Source: Promethearchaeota archaeon (GTDB lineage: Archaea > Asgardarchaeota > Lokiarchaeia > Sigyniarchaeales > SOKP01). Taken from it: 64,000 bases of DNA. Of the stretch, positions 30,073 through 40,435 are shown piece by piece. The stretch covers positions 32,001 through 96,000 of the forward strand of contig JAHPZE010000007.1 in NCBI GenBank assembly GCA_019058365.1, read 5' to 3'. Position 1 is the first letter of the stretch, and each line of letters opens with the position of its first letter. Made by a program: the position numbers and the translations under genes. The notes under the pieces were generated by a model. It ran no database searches and was not told where the DNA came from. It saw only the letters and a program-made list of their open reading frames with translations.

Positions 30073-31020
30073 TTATTGGATAATCTGTAAAATCAGATTT
30101 TCCATTTGAGGTTTTGCTGCTTCAATTCTATCTAGAAGCGTTATAGTATGTTCTAAATTGGCTTCATCTTCTTCAACAATAAATAACAAGTAAAATTCTA
30201 AATTTCCAAAGTGGAGAACCTCAATTAAACCAGAAAACCTTTCTCCGCTTTTAAATTTATCTGAAAACTCGAGTAAAGTTCTATTCTCAGAAATTACACG
30301 CTTTTGCAACTCAATATATTTTTCATATATCTTTAATTTTTCCTGCAATTGGAGATGGGGTCTAAAATGCTCTCCTAAAGTTATACCTTTTGTATCAAAT
30401 AAAGCGATTAATATTGAGTTATAATTCTTGCTAATTTCTGAAAATAATTGTGATACCATCTCCATCTTTTCAAATAACATTGATAAACCGCTTGAAAAAG
30501 CATCCATAATTGATTTTATATCAAAAATAGTGGTTTCAAAAAAAAAGATGTCAAAATCATTAGAGTATCGTGTTAATGCTTGTTTTAAGGTAAGAATTCT
30601 TTTATTGATATCCTTATCATTAACTAGTTGAGGGTCGAATTTATGAAAAAGAATGCATATTGGCACGTATTCTTGTTCTTCTTTGAAGAAAAGTAGAACT
30701 TCCTCTAAATAATCTATTGATTCGATATATCGATTAAAATCTTGAGCATCTATAACATAAAGTAATAAGTCTGTTCCCATTAGATATTTCTCAGGGTGTT
30801 TTAAGTATTCTTCCCTATATTGTCTCTGTCCTCCAAAATCCATCCTGTTAAATTCAATACCAAGGAATCTGAATGAATCACGAGCAATTCTTCTTGTTGG
30901 CGTTAATTCAGCTATCTCTTCCTCAAAACCGAAGCGTTTTGTAATTGCCGTTATGATACTGGTTTTCCCTGCATTATCAAGACCCATTACGCCAATCTTT
31001 TTACTTATAAAAATCACCAA
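30073..31020 (-). CDS. Arf/Rag-like small GTPase with C-terminal roadblock/longin-like domain
   Basis: GLDNAGKTS (G1), PT (G2), DFGGQ (G3), HKFD (G4, Rag-type HKxD), FETTIFD. Confidence 0.85.
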   Translation of the reverse strand: MVIFISKKIGVMGLDNAGKTSIITAITKRFGFEEEIAELTPTRRIARDSFRFLGIEFNRMDFGGQRQYREEYLKHPEKYLMGTDLLLYVIDAQDFNRYIESIDYLEEVLLFFKEEQEYVPICILFHKFDPQLVNDKDINKRILTLKQALTRYSNDFDIFFFETTIFDIKSIMDAFSSGLSMLFEKMEMVSQLFSEISKNYNSILIALFDTKGITLGEHFRPHLQLQEKLKIYEKYIELQKRVISENRTLLEFSDKFKSGERFSGLIEVLHFGNLEFYLLFIVEEDEANLEHTITLLDRIEAAKPQMENLILQIIQ

Positions 31021-31157
31021 ATCTAGATGATAAATAGTTTTTCATGAAGCGTCTTCTAAATTATTCAATATTAAGAACTATTAATAAATAATCGCTTTTT
31101 GTAAAAATATAATGATGATTTTAATATTTAAGCTTAACGTTTAAAAACGCAAAAAAT

Positions 31158-31439
31158 TCAGCCCCCTGCTAAAGCATAGGAAATATAGAGTTCATCTCCG
31201 TCATTAAGACTTGTTTTATAATTTTTGAGATATTTAATGTTTCTGCCATTCAATAAAATTAGAACCTGAGTATTAAACTGTTTTTTATTTTTATTTAATA
31301 ATCCATCATCGAGTTTATTTTTATGTTCATCTAAAAATTGAGAGATTATGTCTCCAACAGATTTTCCTTCATACTCTATAAATTTCTTGTTAATTCTAAG
31401 TTGGAAAATATTTAATAAACTTAATTTCACTTTAGCCAT
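31158..31439 (-). CDS. Ubiquitin-like MoaD/SAMP/Urm1 family protein
   Basis: 'VLILLNGRNI...LNDGDEL...LAGG' with C-terminal diglycine. Confidence 0.88.
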   Translation of the reverse strand: MAKVKLSLLNIFQLRINKKFIEYEGKSVGDIISQFLDEHKNKLDDGLLNKNKKQFNTQVLILLNGRNIKYLKNYKTSLNDGDELYISYALAGG

Positions 31440-31597
31440 AAAAATACACTTAAAGTACTAGAAATCTTTTATGTATTATTCATTTTAAGCATTTTCTTTA
31501 TTTTAATAAAAAAATATTGCTTTTAAGTTTATTTTTTATCAAAAATAGATCGATTGATTTATTAAGAGTGAATCTCTACAATTATTTTCCATAGTAT

Positions 31598-33199
31598 TCA
31601 AAAAAAGATAGTTATATTATAATTACCTATTATTTTTATTTGACCTGTTTTCAAATTATGTTCTTTAACTACAACATTACCTTTTTTATAAATATCTATT
31701 TCAAGAAATGTTTCATCAAATCTTTCAGGGTTAAGATTTCCACCATTAGAAAAAACAGTATAATCAATTTTCACATTGAAGGAGATACTTGGTGAACTAT
31801 TTAAACATAAGTCAATTTGCGAACGAGCAAACTGAGAAAGGACATCTCCTGAGTCTATTAATTCTGTTCTCCACACACTTAAAGGAGTAGGTATTAAACT
31901 ATGAAAACAACAAACCCCAAATATTTTTTGATGACTTAAGGATAGAACTTTTTCTATAAATTTGCCCATTCTCTTTCTTCCAATAAATCCGTCCGTAGAA
32001 TCTCGTGTTGTAGAATTTAATCCTTGAAAATATAACTTCTCATTCTCATATAATGGATCAAATTCACCAAAAAAATGTTTCCAATACTCCCAAGCAGGGG
32101 GTTTCGAATCAGTATAGCCTGGTACAACTAAATATGGATGATTTAATTTACATATTTTATCTTTTGCAATTTTGAATTCTTCCTTATAACTATTACGCGT
32201 TACATTCCCAGTATGTACGACTAAATCCACATCTTCTATAGTATTAATTTTATCTATTGCTCTATCAAAATTGGTATTTATATTTTCTGACTGTTGATTA
32301 ATTAATGAATCTGATATTTGAATAAACTTACATATAGGTTTTTGATGAGGCTCAATTTCTAATGGAAGATAATAGTTAATTTGACGTTGAATTTCATGCT
32401 TGGAATTGGAATCTAAGATAGGAATTATCTTAAAGGTGATATTACTTTCTTTAATATCTATAATTGAATAGGTAAATAACTCTCGATATCTAGTTTTATT
32501 ACAACAAAATGTCCCCGCATTAAAAATGTATAAATCTTTTTCACTACTGCTTATGGTATACAAATTCGAAGTGTGTCTATGTCCATTCAAAATTAAATCT
32601 GCTTTTGTTTCTAAAAGCATTTTAAACATATCTCCAGAATCATCAATTGCTGACCTTTCTTTCCCAGTATTTGGAATGGGGATGAGTTGATGATGAAAGC
32701 AAACTATATTAAATTTATTTTCTCTTTCTTGTTTTTCTAATCTCCTTCTCACAGCTTCTATTACATTATGATGAATAATACCTCCAGGCAAGTCTGGTTT
32801 AGTACTATCTATCCCAATTACATATATCTCATCATCTTCATATTCATAGTGCCTCTTTCCAATCATTTCTTCAAAAAGCAAGTACCCTACGTTCATTGCA
32901 TCATGATTTCCAATAAGAATCATAATAGGACATTTAGATCTCGGCTTAAATTTCTTAAACTGTTCCATAGCATATTCATAATCTAAAAGAGTGCCAGTAT
33001 GCGTAATATCTCCAAGATGTAAATAAAGATCAACATCTTTTATCTTATTTATCTGTTCAATACCTAAATTGTATGCATGAAGATTAAAAGGACCTCTAGA
33101 ACGAGTAATATGAGTATCCGATATTAAAACAATTCTTTTTTTCCATGAAATTTTCTTTTCGGGATTTATTTTAACACTCCTTTCTGAAATCATCTTCAT
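31598..33199 (-). CDS. Tandem calcineurin-like metallophosphoesterase (second domain degenerate)
   Basis: Domain 1 DTH, GDI, GNHD, HH, GHRH intact; domain 2 has DSL, GNV, GYTD, NSSP. Confidence 0.85.
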   Translation of the reverse strand: MKMISERSVKINPEKKISWKKRIVLISDTHITRSRGPFNLHAYNLGIEQINKIKDVDLYLHLGDITHTGTLLDYEYAMEQFKKFKPRSKCPIMILIGNHDAMNVGYLLFEEMIGKRHYEYEDDEIYVIGIDSTKPDLPGGIIHHNVIEAVRRRLEKQERENKFNIVCFHHQLIPIPNTGKERSAIDDSGDMFKMLLETKADLILNGHRHTSNLYTISSSEKDLYIFNAGTFCCNKTRYRELFTYSIIDIKESNITFKIIPILDSNSKHEIQRQINYYLPLEIEPHQKPICKFIQISDSLINQQSENINTNFDRAIDKINTIEDVDLVVHTGNVTRNSYKEEFKIAKDKICKLNHPYLVVPGYTDSKPPAWEYWKHFFGEFDPLYENEKLYFQGLNSTTRDSTDGFIGRKRMGKFIEKVLSLSHQKIFGVCCFHSLIPTPLSVWRTELIDSGDVLSQFARSQIDLCLNSSPSISFNVKIDYTVFSNGGNLNPERFDETFLEIDIYKKGNVVVKEHNLKTGQIKIIGNYNITIFF

Positions 33200-33937
33200 T
33201 TAGCTTTGCTTTATTTTTGCGGGATGCCCAATATAAATTGAATCTTCTTCTAATATATCATCAAATTTTGTATAAGAATGAGCAGATAATTTTGTATTGC
33301 GTTTAATGTAAGTTCCTGGTAATAATACACACTTAGCTCCGATTAGAACATCATCTTCCAGAATTATTCTTTTTAAAATAAACTTATCTTGCTCGATTCC
33401 AAAACTTAAAAGAGTGCTATTCATTCCAATAATAACGTTCTTTCCAATAGATACTAATTCAGAAGAGATCCAGCTATTATCATGTATCCCGTTGTTACCA
33501 ATCTTTACTCCAAAAAATCGGAGTGTGAAACGATTTTTGAACCAGGGAAAGGGATTTGATGCACTAATAAAAAGTGGCCATTTCTTAATGATGTTTCTTA
33601 AATTCCAATAAAAATAGTTCTTATCTTTTATATCTCTCTTAAATATTCCCTCTTTTGGACGAAAAATTAATTTAATTAAAGCTAAAAATAAAACTGAAAT
33701 TAATATTGCACTGAATTGCAATACATAAATTAAAATAATAATATTTAAAGGTATAAGGAAGAAGAAAAAGAGATATACTCCTTCTTTCCAGAATAAGAGA
33801 AGATACATATATTCAAAAAGAATACATGGATAAAAACTAAAAATAATGATAATAAAATATAAGATAAGATATTTATTTCTAAGTCTTTCATCTATAGGAG
33901 TTGGCGAATCTCCTTTTAAACTTGCTGGTTGAAACAT
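33200..33937 (-). CDS. Membrane protein with left-handed beta-helix (hexapeptide) acyltransferase-like domain
   Basis: Two TM segments, then FFGVKIG, ELVSIGKNVIIG, IGAKCVLLPG, YIGHPA. Confidence 0.75.
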   Translation of the reverse strand: MFQPASLKGDSPTPIDERLRNKYLILYFIIIIFSFYPCILFEYMYLLLFWKEGVYLFFFFLIPLNIIILIYVLQFSAILISVLFLALIKLIFRPKEGIFKRDIKDKNYFYWNLRNIIKKWPLFISASNPFPWFKNRFTLRFFGVKIGNNGIHDNSWISSELVSIGKNVIIGMNSTLLSFGIEQDKFILKRIILEDDVLIGAKCVLLPGTYIKRNTKLSAHSYTKFDDILEEDSIYIGHPAKIKQS

Positions 33938-33940
33938 CGT

Positions 33941-34807
33941 CTATCTGCTCCCTCCACTATTAACTTTATCATTGTTATTAAAAATCTCTCTAGAGTCTCC
34001 TTTTATTCTTTCTGCTTTCTTTTGAGAATCTTCTACCGACTGGATTTGAAGTGTCATACTTACCGGTGTTCCCACATGAATTAAATCTCCTTCTAATACT
34101 TGATTTATCCACGTATAGCTATTTACTCCCAAAATAGCTCCATCTTGGAGTATAGTCCCAGGACTAATTATAGTTTGTGGTCCAACAATACAAGTTTTCC
34201 CAACTTTTACCTTCTTGATTAAAATTTTATCGTGATAAATTAAATGTGAAAAAATGCAAATATTAAGTGAGGTCATTGTATAATCTCCAATCTCTACAAA
34301 TTCTGGATCTATGTACCCTTCGTAAGCAACAACATTTCTCCCTATATGAACTCCAAGAAATCGATAAACAAAAATATCTGACCATGGTAAAGGTAAAGCT
34401 CTTGCTAGCCAGATTGGAAAATAAGCAGTCCAAAATCTTCGATGGGTATATTTCCATTCTTTACTTCCCCTTTCAAATACTCCTTCTTTAGCAGGATACA
34501 GCTTTGTTAATATCTTATAAATGACAGTTGAAAACAATATTATGGAGAACGCAAATAATAGAAGATTCCCATAAATATTTAATGGAAGCAACAACCATTC
34601 CCACCACTCACCAATCAAAATAAATGACAAAAATGACTCTCTTGTTAATAGAAAATAGAGATCATTGTAAAACCAAAGATTGATTAAAATAACGACTATG
34701 CAACCTACAAATAACTGTAAAAGGATAATTAAAGTAAATGGTGTTTTATATACTCCTGAAGTGGAAATATATTCAATTACCTCTTGACAATCTTCCTTAT
34801 TTTCCAT
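33941..34807 (-). CDS. Membrane protein with left-handed beta-helix acyltransferase-like domain (paralogue of 33200)
   Basis: TM segments, FLGVHIG, EFVEIGD, VGPQTIISPG, HVGTPV. Confidence 0.75.
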   Translation of the reverse strand: MENKEDCQEVIEYISTSGVYKTPFTLIILLQLFVGCIVVILINLWFYNDLYFLLTRESFLSFILIGEWWEWLLLPLNIYGNLLLFAFSIILFSTVIYKILTKLYPAKEGVFERGSKEWKYTHRRFWTAYFPIWLARALPLPWSDIFVYRFLGVHIGRNVVAYEGYIDPEFVEIGDYTMTSLNICIFSHLIYHDKILIKKVKVGKTCIVGPQTIISPGTILQDGAILGVNSYTWINQVLEGDLIHVGTPVSMTLQIQSVEDSQKKAERIKGDSREIFNNNDKVNSGGSR

Positions 34808-35012
34808 TAAGCTAATTATATTTTAATTATGATTTCTTTATATTATATTATAATTTCGAAAATAATTAAATCATAATATTTAATTTTCGAAATTGAACTC
34901 TAAAAATAAAAATAATTTAAAACTTAATACACTATGATTTATATATTATTAAAAAATTAAATTCATAAAATCAATTCAAAATACAAAAAAATTTGAATAT
35001 GGTGAAATAAAA

Positions 35013-35903
35013 TTGTCAATAGACTGGGCAAGGGCAGAAGAAAAACCTGATAAGAAAATGTCGGTTGAAGGAAAATTCTTACTTGATCTAAGAGCCAAAG
35101 TAAATGATTTAGAAAAGCAATTAACTGAGACCAAAAAGGGATTAATTGAAACAAAAGATAAACTTGCCGATACTATGAACGAGCTCGATGAAACTCAAAG
35201 TAAACTTGGACAAACAGAAAACACGTTAACAGAAACGAAAGCTGACTTTGAAAAAACTAAAATGGATGATCAAGAAATAATTAGAGATTTGAATACTGAA
35301 AATAATAACCTTAAAACAGAATTAGCAAAATTTAAGACTAAAACCAGTGATCTTGAAAATAGTTTGGCTGTAAAGGAAGCAAAAATTTCTGAACTAGAAG
35401 GAGATATATCAAATTTAGAAACTTTAAAAGGAAAATCTTCAAATTTAGAAGCAGAATTGGATGATGCTAATAATACAATATCAGCAAAAGAAGAGGAAGT
35501 AAGTAATTTATCTTCTCAAGTTAAAGAATTAAATTCAAAAGTCACATCCGCTCAAGGTGAAATTACTCAGTTAAACTCTCAATTAAGTGAATTGAATAAT
35601 ACCCTTTTACAAAAAGATACTCAAATCCAAGAATTGACGGATCAAGTATCTGAAAAAGAACATGTACTCGAATCTACGACAGCACACCTTACGGAAGTCG
35701 AATCTGAACTCGATGAACTAAAACCTCCAGAAATTGGTGCAGGAGGTTTCGCAAGTGACGAGCGAATTACCTGCCCAATGTGCGGCGCCGTGGGGACAAA
35801 CATCAAGGTTATAGAAGATAAGACCAAAGTCCTCTCCTACGTAGGACATATCCCTATGTATGCTAAAAAACATGTATGTAAAAAATGTGGTTATGAATTT
35901 TAA
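35013..35903 (+). CDS. Long coiled-coil protein with C-terminal Zn ribbon
   Basis: ~200 aa of heptad repeats; CPMC...CKKC. Confidence 0.8.
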   Translation: MSIDWARAEEKPDKKMSVEGKFLLDLRAKVNDLEKQLTETKKGLIETKDKLADTMNELDETQSKLGQTENTLTETKADFEKTKMDDQEIIRDLNTENNNLKTELAKFKTKTSDLENSLAVKEAKISELEGDISNLETLKGKSSNLEAELDDANNTISAKEEEVSNLSSQVKELNSKVTSAQGEITQLNSQLSELNNTLLQKDTQIQELTDQVSEKEHVLESTTAHLTEVESELDELKPPEIGAGGFASDERITCPMCGAVGTNIKVIEDKTKVLSYVGHIPMYAKKHVCKKCGYEF

Positions 35904-36085
35904 GCGATTTTTTTAATTTTCCTTTTTTCTTTTCTATTATTACTTAATTAATTGACAATTAGGCAATTTAATTTTAGAAGAGAATTTTATTTTTGAATAT
36001 AAACAAGACTTATTAAAATAATATATATTAGTATTGAGACAAATTTTCAAAATTTTAAAATAATAAAACACTTTTATTTAACATT

Positions 36086-37399
36086 ATGAATGGGAATCCT
36101 AAGGAAAAATATATTGGAACTTTGTCTCAAAAGAAATTACTTAAATTGTATTCAAAACATGTAAATGGGCCTAAGGTTCGAATGTTTAAAGGATTTGGAT
36201 TAGGAATGATTCCTGGGGAAAGAGAGGGAATCCATCTGAAAACATTAGAAGGTTTAAAACCAGGAGAACCGCCATTAGAATTATATAATTGTCGTTCTTC
36301 TGGTGGTGTATTTAATCTAGGACATCGAAATCCAAAGATCGTTCAACGGCTAAAAGATGCTTTAGATGGAGGATTAGATTTAGGTGACCATCTACTTTTA
36401 TCAGAATGGAGAGCCTTATTAGGAAAAAAAATAGCAGATTTGATGCCTGGAGATATTAGTAAAACTACTTTTGGAGTAAGTGGAGGTGAAGCAATAGATA
36501 CTGCTATTAAATTTTCAAGAGCCTATACTAAAAGAAAGGGATGTATCTCGGCAGTTGGAGGATATCATGGTCACACAGGCTATGCTCTGTTGACAGGAGA
36601 TCCTGACTTTAAAGATCCTTTCCTCTGGGATTTTCCCGAATTTAAACAAATTCCTTATGGAGACATAGATGCTATGCGAAAAGTTGTAACAGAAGATATT
36701 GCATGCGTTATTTTAGAAACAATTCCGGCAAGTGGTGGTGTGTTGATTGCTCCAGAAGGTTATTATCCTGAAGTTCGAGAAATTTGCGATGATAAAGGTG
36801 TAATGATGATAAATGACGAAGTTCAAGCAGGATTAGGACGAACAGGTGTTTTTTGGGCAATTTATGGTGGATTATACCCGAATGAAAAAGTAGTGCCAGA
36901 TTTTATAGTTTGTGGAAAAGGAATGAGCTCTGGTGTATATCCTTTATCGACTTGTAGCTATAAACCATTTATAGAAAAAGCAGTTTACAAAGAAGATCCA
37001 TTTATCCATATTTCAACCACGGGAGGGTCAGATTTAGGATGTGCTATTGCTTTCGAGATGTTGGAGATACAATCTGATCCGAAATTTTTGGATCACGTTA
37101 AAGAAATGGGTATTTTATTTGGTAAAGGGTTAGAAGAGATTGCAGAAGATAATTCAGATATTATTAAAGAAACAAGGGGTAGAGGTCTTATGTGGGGCGT
37201 AGAGTTTCATAACGAGGACGATAGCCAGTTAGGTATGCTTTCTATAATTAAAGCAGGTGTCTTACTGAATTATTGTGCAAATAAAAAAGATACTCATATT
37301 ATCATGCCACCATTGATAGTAAAGAATGATGAAATTGAAAAAATACTTGAAAGAATACGTCAAGGAATAATAAATTTAAAAAAAATAAAGAAAAATTAA
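36086..37399 (+). CDS. Class III PLP-dependent aminotransferase (putrescine/ornithine-type)
   Basis: NLGH, SGGEA, GYHG, DEVQAGLGRTG, GKGMSSG, RGRGLM. Confidence 0.88.
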   Translation: MNGNPKEKYIGTLSQKKLLKLYSKHVNGPKVRMFKGFGLGMIPGEREGIHLKTLEGLKPGEPPLELYNCRSSGGVFNLGHRNPKIVQRLKDALDGGLDLGDHLLLSEWRALLGKKIADLMPGDISKTTFGVSGGEAIDTAIKFSRAYTKRKGCISAVGGYHGHTGYALLTGDPDFKDPFLWDFPEFKQIPYGDIDAMRKVVTEDIACVILETIPASGGVLIAPEGYYPEVREICDDKGVMMINDEVQAGLGRTGVFWAIYGGLYPNEKVVPDFIVCGKGMSSGVYPLSTCSYKPFIEKAVYKEDPFIHISTTGGSDLGCAIAFEMLEIQSDPKFLDHVKEMGILFGKGLEEIAEDNSDIIKETRGRGLMWGVEFHNEDDSQLGMLSIIKAGVLLNYCANKKDTHIIMPPLIVKNDEIEKILERIRQGIINLKKIKKN

Positions 37400-37404
37400 T
37401 GTAA

Positions 37405-38814
37405 TTATATTTTAGATTTTTTTTCTTCGTGAAGTCTTTGAACTTCCTCTTTTACTTTAATTAATTTTTCTCCATCTAAAGGGTATTTATAAATAGATAA
37501 GATAGCAATTATCAAAGCAACAGCGGGATAAACAAACATTAGCGTTCGAAGCCCCACCTCGACTGCGGTAGATACAGGAAGAGTGAAGACTTGCCAATCA
37601 GCGATGATAAAAACAGGACCGATGCTTACAAATACAACTATAATTGCTAATCTAAGAAAGAATGCATTCACACCATAATATCCTGCTTCTCTACGTGTAC
37701 CTGTATTCACCTCATCTTCGTCAATTATATCTGAAACGATTAAATCAATTATGTACAAAGAACCAGATAATCCAAGTCCAATAAAGAAAAATACTATCAT
37801 TGCGATTATTTCCATATTTGGTCCAAGAAACATCAATGGTAAAAGGGTAAAAATCCATGTTGTCATTGAAATCATCCATGCTTTTCTATTACCGATTTTT
37901 CTCACTACAGGTTTCCATAAGAATGTTATGAAAAGAGCCGATGCTATAAAAGTCAACCCTAATAAGAGTGAGATCATAAAAGCATCTTCCATTCCTAAAA
38001 CCGCTTTTGCGTAAAGTGGTACTAATGTAGGAAGAATGCCATATACAAACCAATTAGCAATTTCCGCAGGAATATACCACATAAAAGATTTACTTTTCAC
38101 GCAAAGTTTTATAGTACTAAAAAAACCTGGTGCGTTCTTATAATCTTCTTTGAATTCAACCTTTTCTCGAGGTGTAAATTTTATAAAAATACCTCCAACA
38201 GCAATTACAATAATAGCTAATACTATCCCAAAAATCTGATATTGTCCTAAAGCCGTAACCCTCTCTGCTGGTGTATCAGGAGCATAATTAGCTATAAATG
38301 CTGAAGGTAAAATGAATGCTACAATTAAACCCAGAATAAGAAATACTTGTCTAACATTATTAGCCATTGTTCTTTCTTCTTTAGAGATAAAAGTTTCAGG
38401 AAATAGAGAGGTAGCATTAAGGCTGAACATTGTATAGAACAATTCAAAAACAATAATTATGATCATAAAATATGCGAAATTACCTAGTTGATTTGCAACA
38501 CCAATGGGTAAAGGTGGTGTGAATAATAAAAACAAGACGATCCCTAGAGGAATTATAGCAATCATAATATATGGCATACGACGACCAAATCTAGTATGTG
38601 TTCTATCTGAAAGATAACCTAGCATAGGGTCATTAAGGCTGTTCCAAACTGCCCATATTATAAACCCTATTGTAATTAATGTAATATTAAGTTGAACCAC
38701 CGCAAAATAGAAAGTGAATACAAGAAATGTAAAGGATTGATATGCTGCTTGATCTGCAATTTGCCCAGTAGCATAGCTAGCTGCTCCTTTAATTGAATGA
38801 CCTTCATTTTTCAT
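37405..38814 (-). CDS. MFS transporter, glycoside-pentoside-hexuronide (MelB-like) family
   Basis: NDPMLGYLSDRTHTRFGRRMPY; DIIDEDE...GTRREAGYYG; ~12 TMs. Confidence 0.88.
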   Translation of the reverse strand: MKNEGHSIKGAASYATGQIADQAAYQSFTFLVFTFYFAVVQLNITLITIGFIIWAVWNSLNDPMLGYLSDRTHTRFGRRMPYIMIAIIPLGIVLFLLFTPPLPIGVANQLGNFAYFMIIIIVFELFYTMFSLNATSLFPETFISKEERTMANNVRQVFLILGLIVAFILPSAFIANYAPDTPAERVTALGQYQIFGIVLAIIVIAVGGIFIKFTPREKVEFKEDYKNAPGFFSTIKLCVKSKSFMWYIPAEIANWFVYGILPTLVPLYAKAVLGMEDAFMISLLLGLTFIASALFITFLWKPVVRKIGNRKAWMISMTTWIFTLLPLMFLGPNMEIIAMIVFFFIGLGLSGSLYIIDLIVSDIIDEDEVNTGTRREAGYYGVNAFFLRLAIIVVFVSIGPVFIIADWQVFTLPVSTAVEVGLRTLMFVYPAVALIIAILSIYKYPLDGEKLIKVKEEVQRLHEEKKSKI

Positions 38815-38984
38815 TTTTTCTTACTCTCTTATTTTATTTTATTTAAAAATATTAAATTGATATTATTTCTCTTTGCTTCCTAATAAAGGTTTAATTTAGA
38901 TGAATCTAAATAATAAACAAATTTATTTAAATCTTAAAAGAACATACTTTAATACAAACCAATTTTAGAATTATTTTGTTTAAT

Positions 38985-40433
38985 ATGGATTTAGAAAAGC
39001 TTTTTAAACCAAAATCAATAGCAGTTGTTGGGGTCTCAAAAAAGAACCCTCTTAGTCCGGGGAGAATTGTTTTATTAAAAAATGAATTTGAAATGGATGT
39101 TAAGGTTTATGGAATTTATCCTAATGGGGGTGAAGTTGAGGGAGTAGCGTTATATGAACGACTAGACAAACTCCCCGAGATTCCTGATCTTTTAGTTATT
39201 GCTGTAGGTCCAGATGATACATTGGGATACATTCAAAATTGTGCTGATTTAGGTATCCCAGCAAGTGTAATAATTGGAGGTGGCTTTGCTGAAGTAGGTG
39301 GTGAAGGTATAAAGCGTCAAAAAAAATTAGAAGAAATAGCGTTTGATAATGATATTGCTGTTCTAGGTCCTAATTGCCTTGGTGTTTATGCACCTCCTAC
39401 AGTTGATACTATATTTCTACCTACAGAACGCATCACAAGACCACCAAAAGGTTCTGTAGCGCTAATAAGTCAAAGTGGAGGATTTTTGGTTGATCAATTC
39501 TTTGTGAAATTTGCGGAAAGAAATATAGGTGTCTCTACTGCGGTTTCTATAGGTAACCGTTCGGTAGTAGATGAATCGATGTTGTTAGAATACTTTAGTA
39601 AAGTAGACAAAGAAACTTCTAATATTGCATTTTATTTAGAAGGTTTTAAAGAAGGTAAAGCAAAAAAATTTACACAATTAGCAAAAGAATCAGATGATAC
39701 TGTTATAGTATTTTACGGAGGAAAAACAAAGGAAGGAAAAATAGCAACTAAATCTCATACGGCAAGTCTTGCTGGGAATTATAATATTATTTACAATGCG
39801 CTGAGACAAAATTACGTCATTCAACCTCATTCTGAGAGAGAATTATTAACATGTCTCAAAGTTTATGATGTATTATCACATCGCAGAAACCCATTTGGTA
39901 AGAATGTAGTGACATTTGGAAATGTTGTAATAGTTTCTGGATCTGGAGGACACGGCGTTATAGCAAGTGATATGTTAAGAAAATATGGTTTGAATGCTGT
40001 TCAATTAACAGAAAAGGAGAAAGATGAATTAAAATCATTAACTAGCCCTACTGCTAGGGAAATTGCTTCATTTAACAATCCAATTGATTTAACAGGGTCA
40101 GTATTAGATACTGATATTGAAAATGTTGTTAAATTTTTATCTGATATTGAAAGAATTGAATGTATTATTTTATTAATACTTCCATATCCTCCTAATATTT
40201 CTTTTCAAGTAGGGAGAAGAATTGCTAATGTTGTACTAACAAAAAGAAAACCACTTGTTTGTTTTATGCCCTATATTCCGAAATATTCTTTAATAATTGA
40301 TTCATTAGAACTTGCAAATATACCGGTTTTTCATTCTATCAAAGAAACAGTTCAAGCAGTTTCTGCACTTAAAGAAAGAACAAGAATTAGAAATATTAAA
40401 CAAGGCAATGTATTTTGGGAACAAAGATCTTAA
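38985..40433 (+). CDS. acdA: ADP-forming acyl-CoA synthetase alpha subunit
   Basis: PKSIAVVG, GPNCLG, SQSGG, SIGN, SHTASLAG (phospho-His), NPIDLTG. Confidence 0.88.
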   Translation: MDLEKLFKPKSIAVVGVSKKNPLSPGRIVLLKNEFEMDVKVYGIYPNGGEVEGVALYERLDKLPEIPDLLVIAVGPDDTLGYIQNCADLGIPASVIIGGGFAEVGGEGIKRQKKLEEIAFDNDIAVLGPNCLGVYAPPTVDTIFLPTERITRPPKGSVALISQSGGFLVDQFFVKFAERNIGVSTAVSIGNRSVVDESMLLEYFSKVDKETSNIAFYLEGFKEGKAKKFTQLAKESDDTVIVFYGGKTKEGKIATKSHTASLAGNYNIIYNALRQNYVIQPHSERELLTCLKVYDVLSHRRNPFGKNVVTFGNVVIVSGSGGHGVIASDMLRKYGLNAVQLTEKEKDELKSLTSPTAREIASFNNPIDLTGSVLDTDIENVVKFLSDIERIECIILLILPYPPNISFQVGRRIANVVLTKRKPLVCFMPYIPKYSLIIDSLELANIPVFHSIKETVQAVSALKERTRIRNIKQGNVFWEQRS

Positions 40434-40435
40434 AG

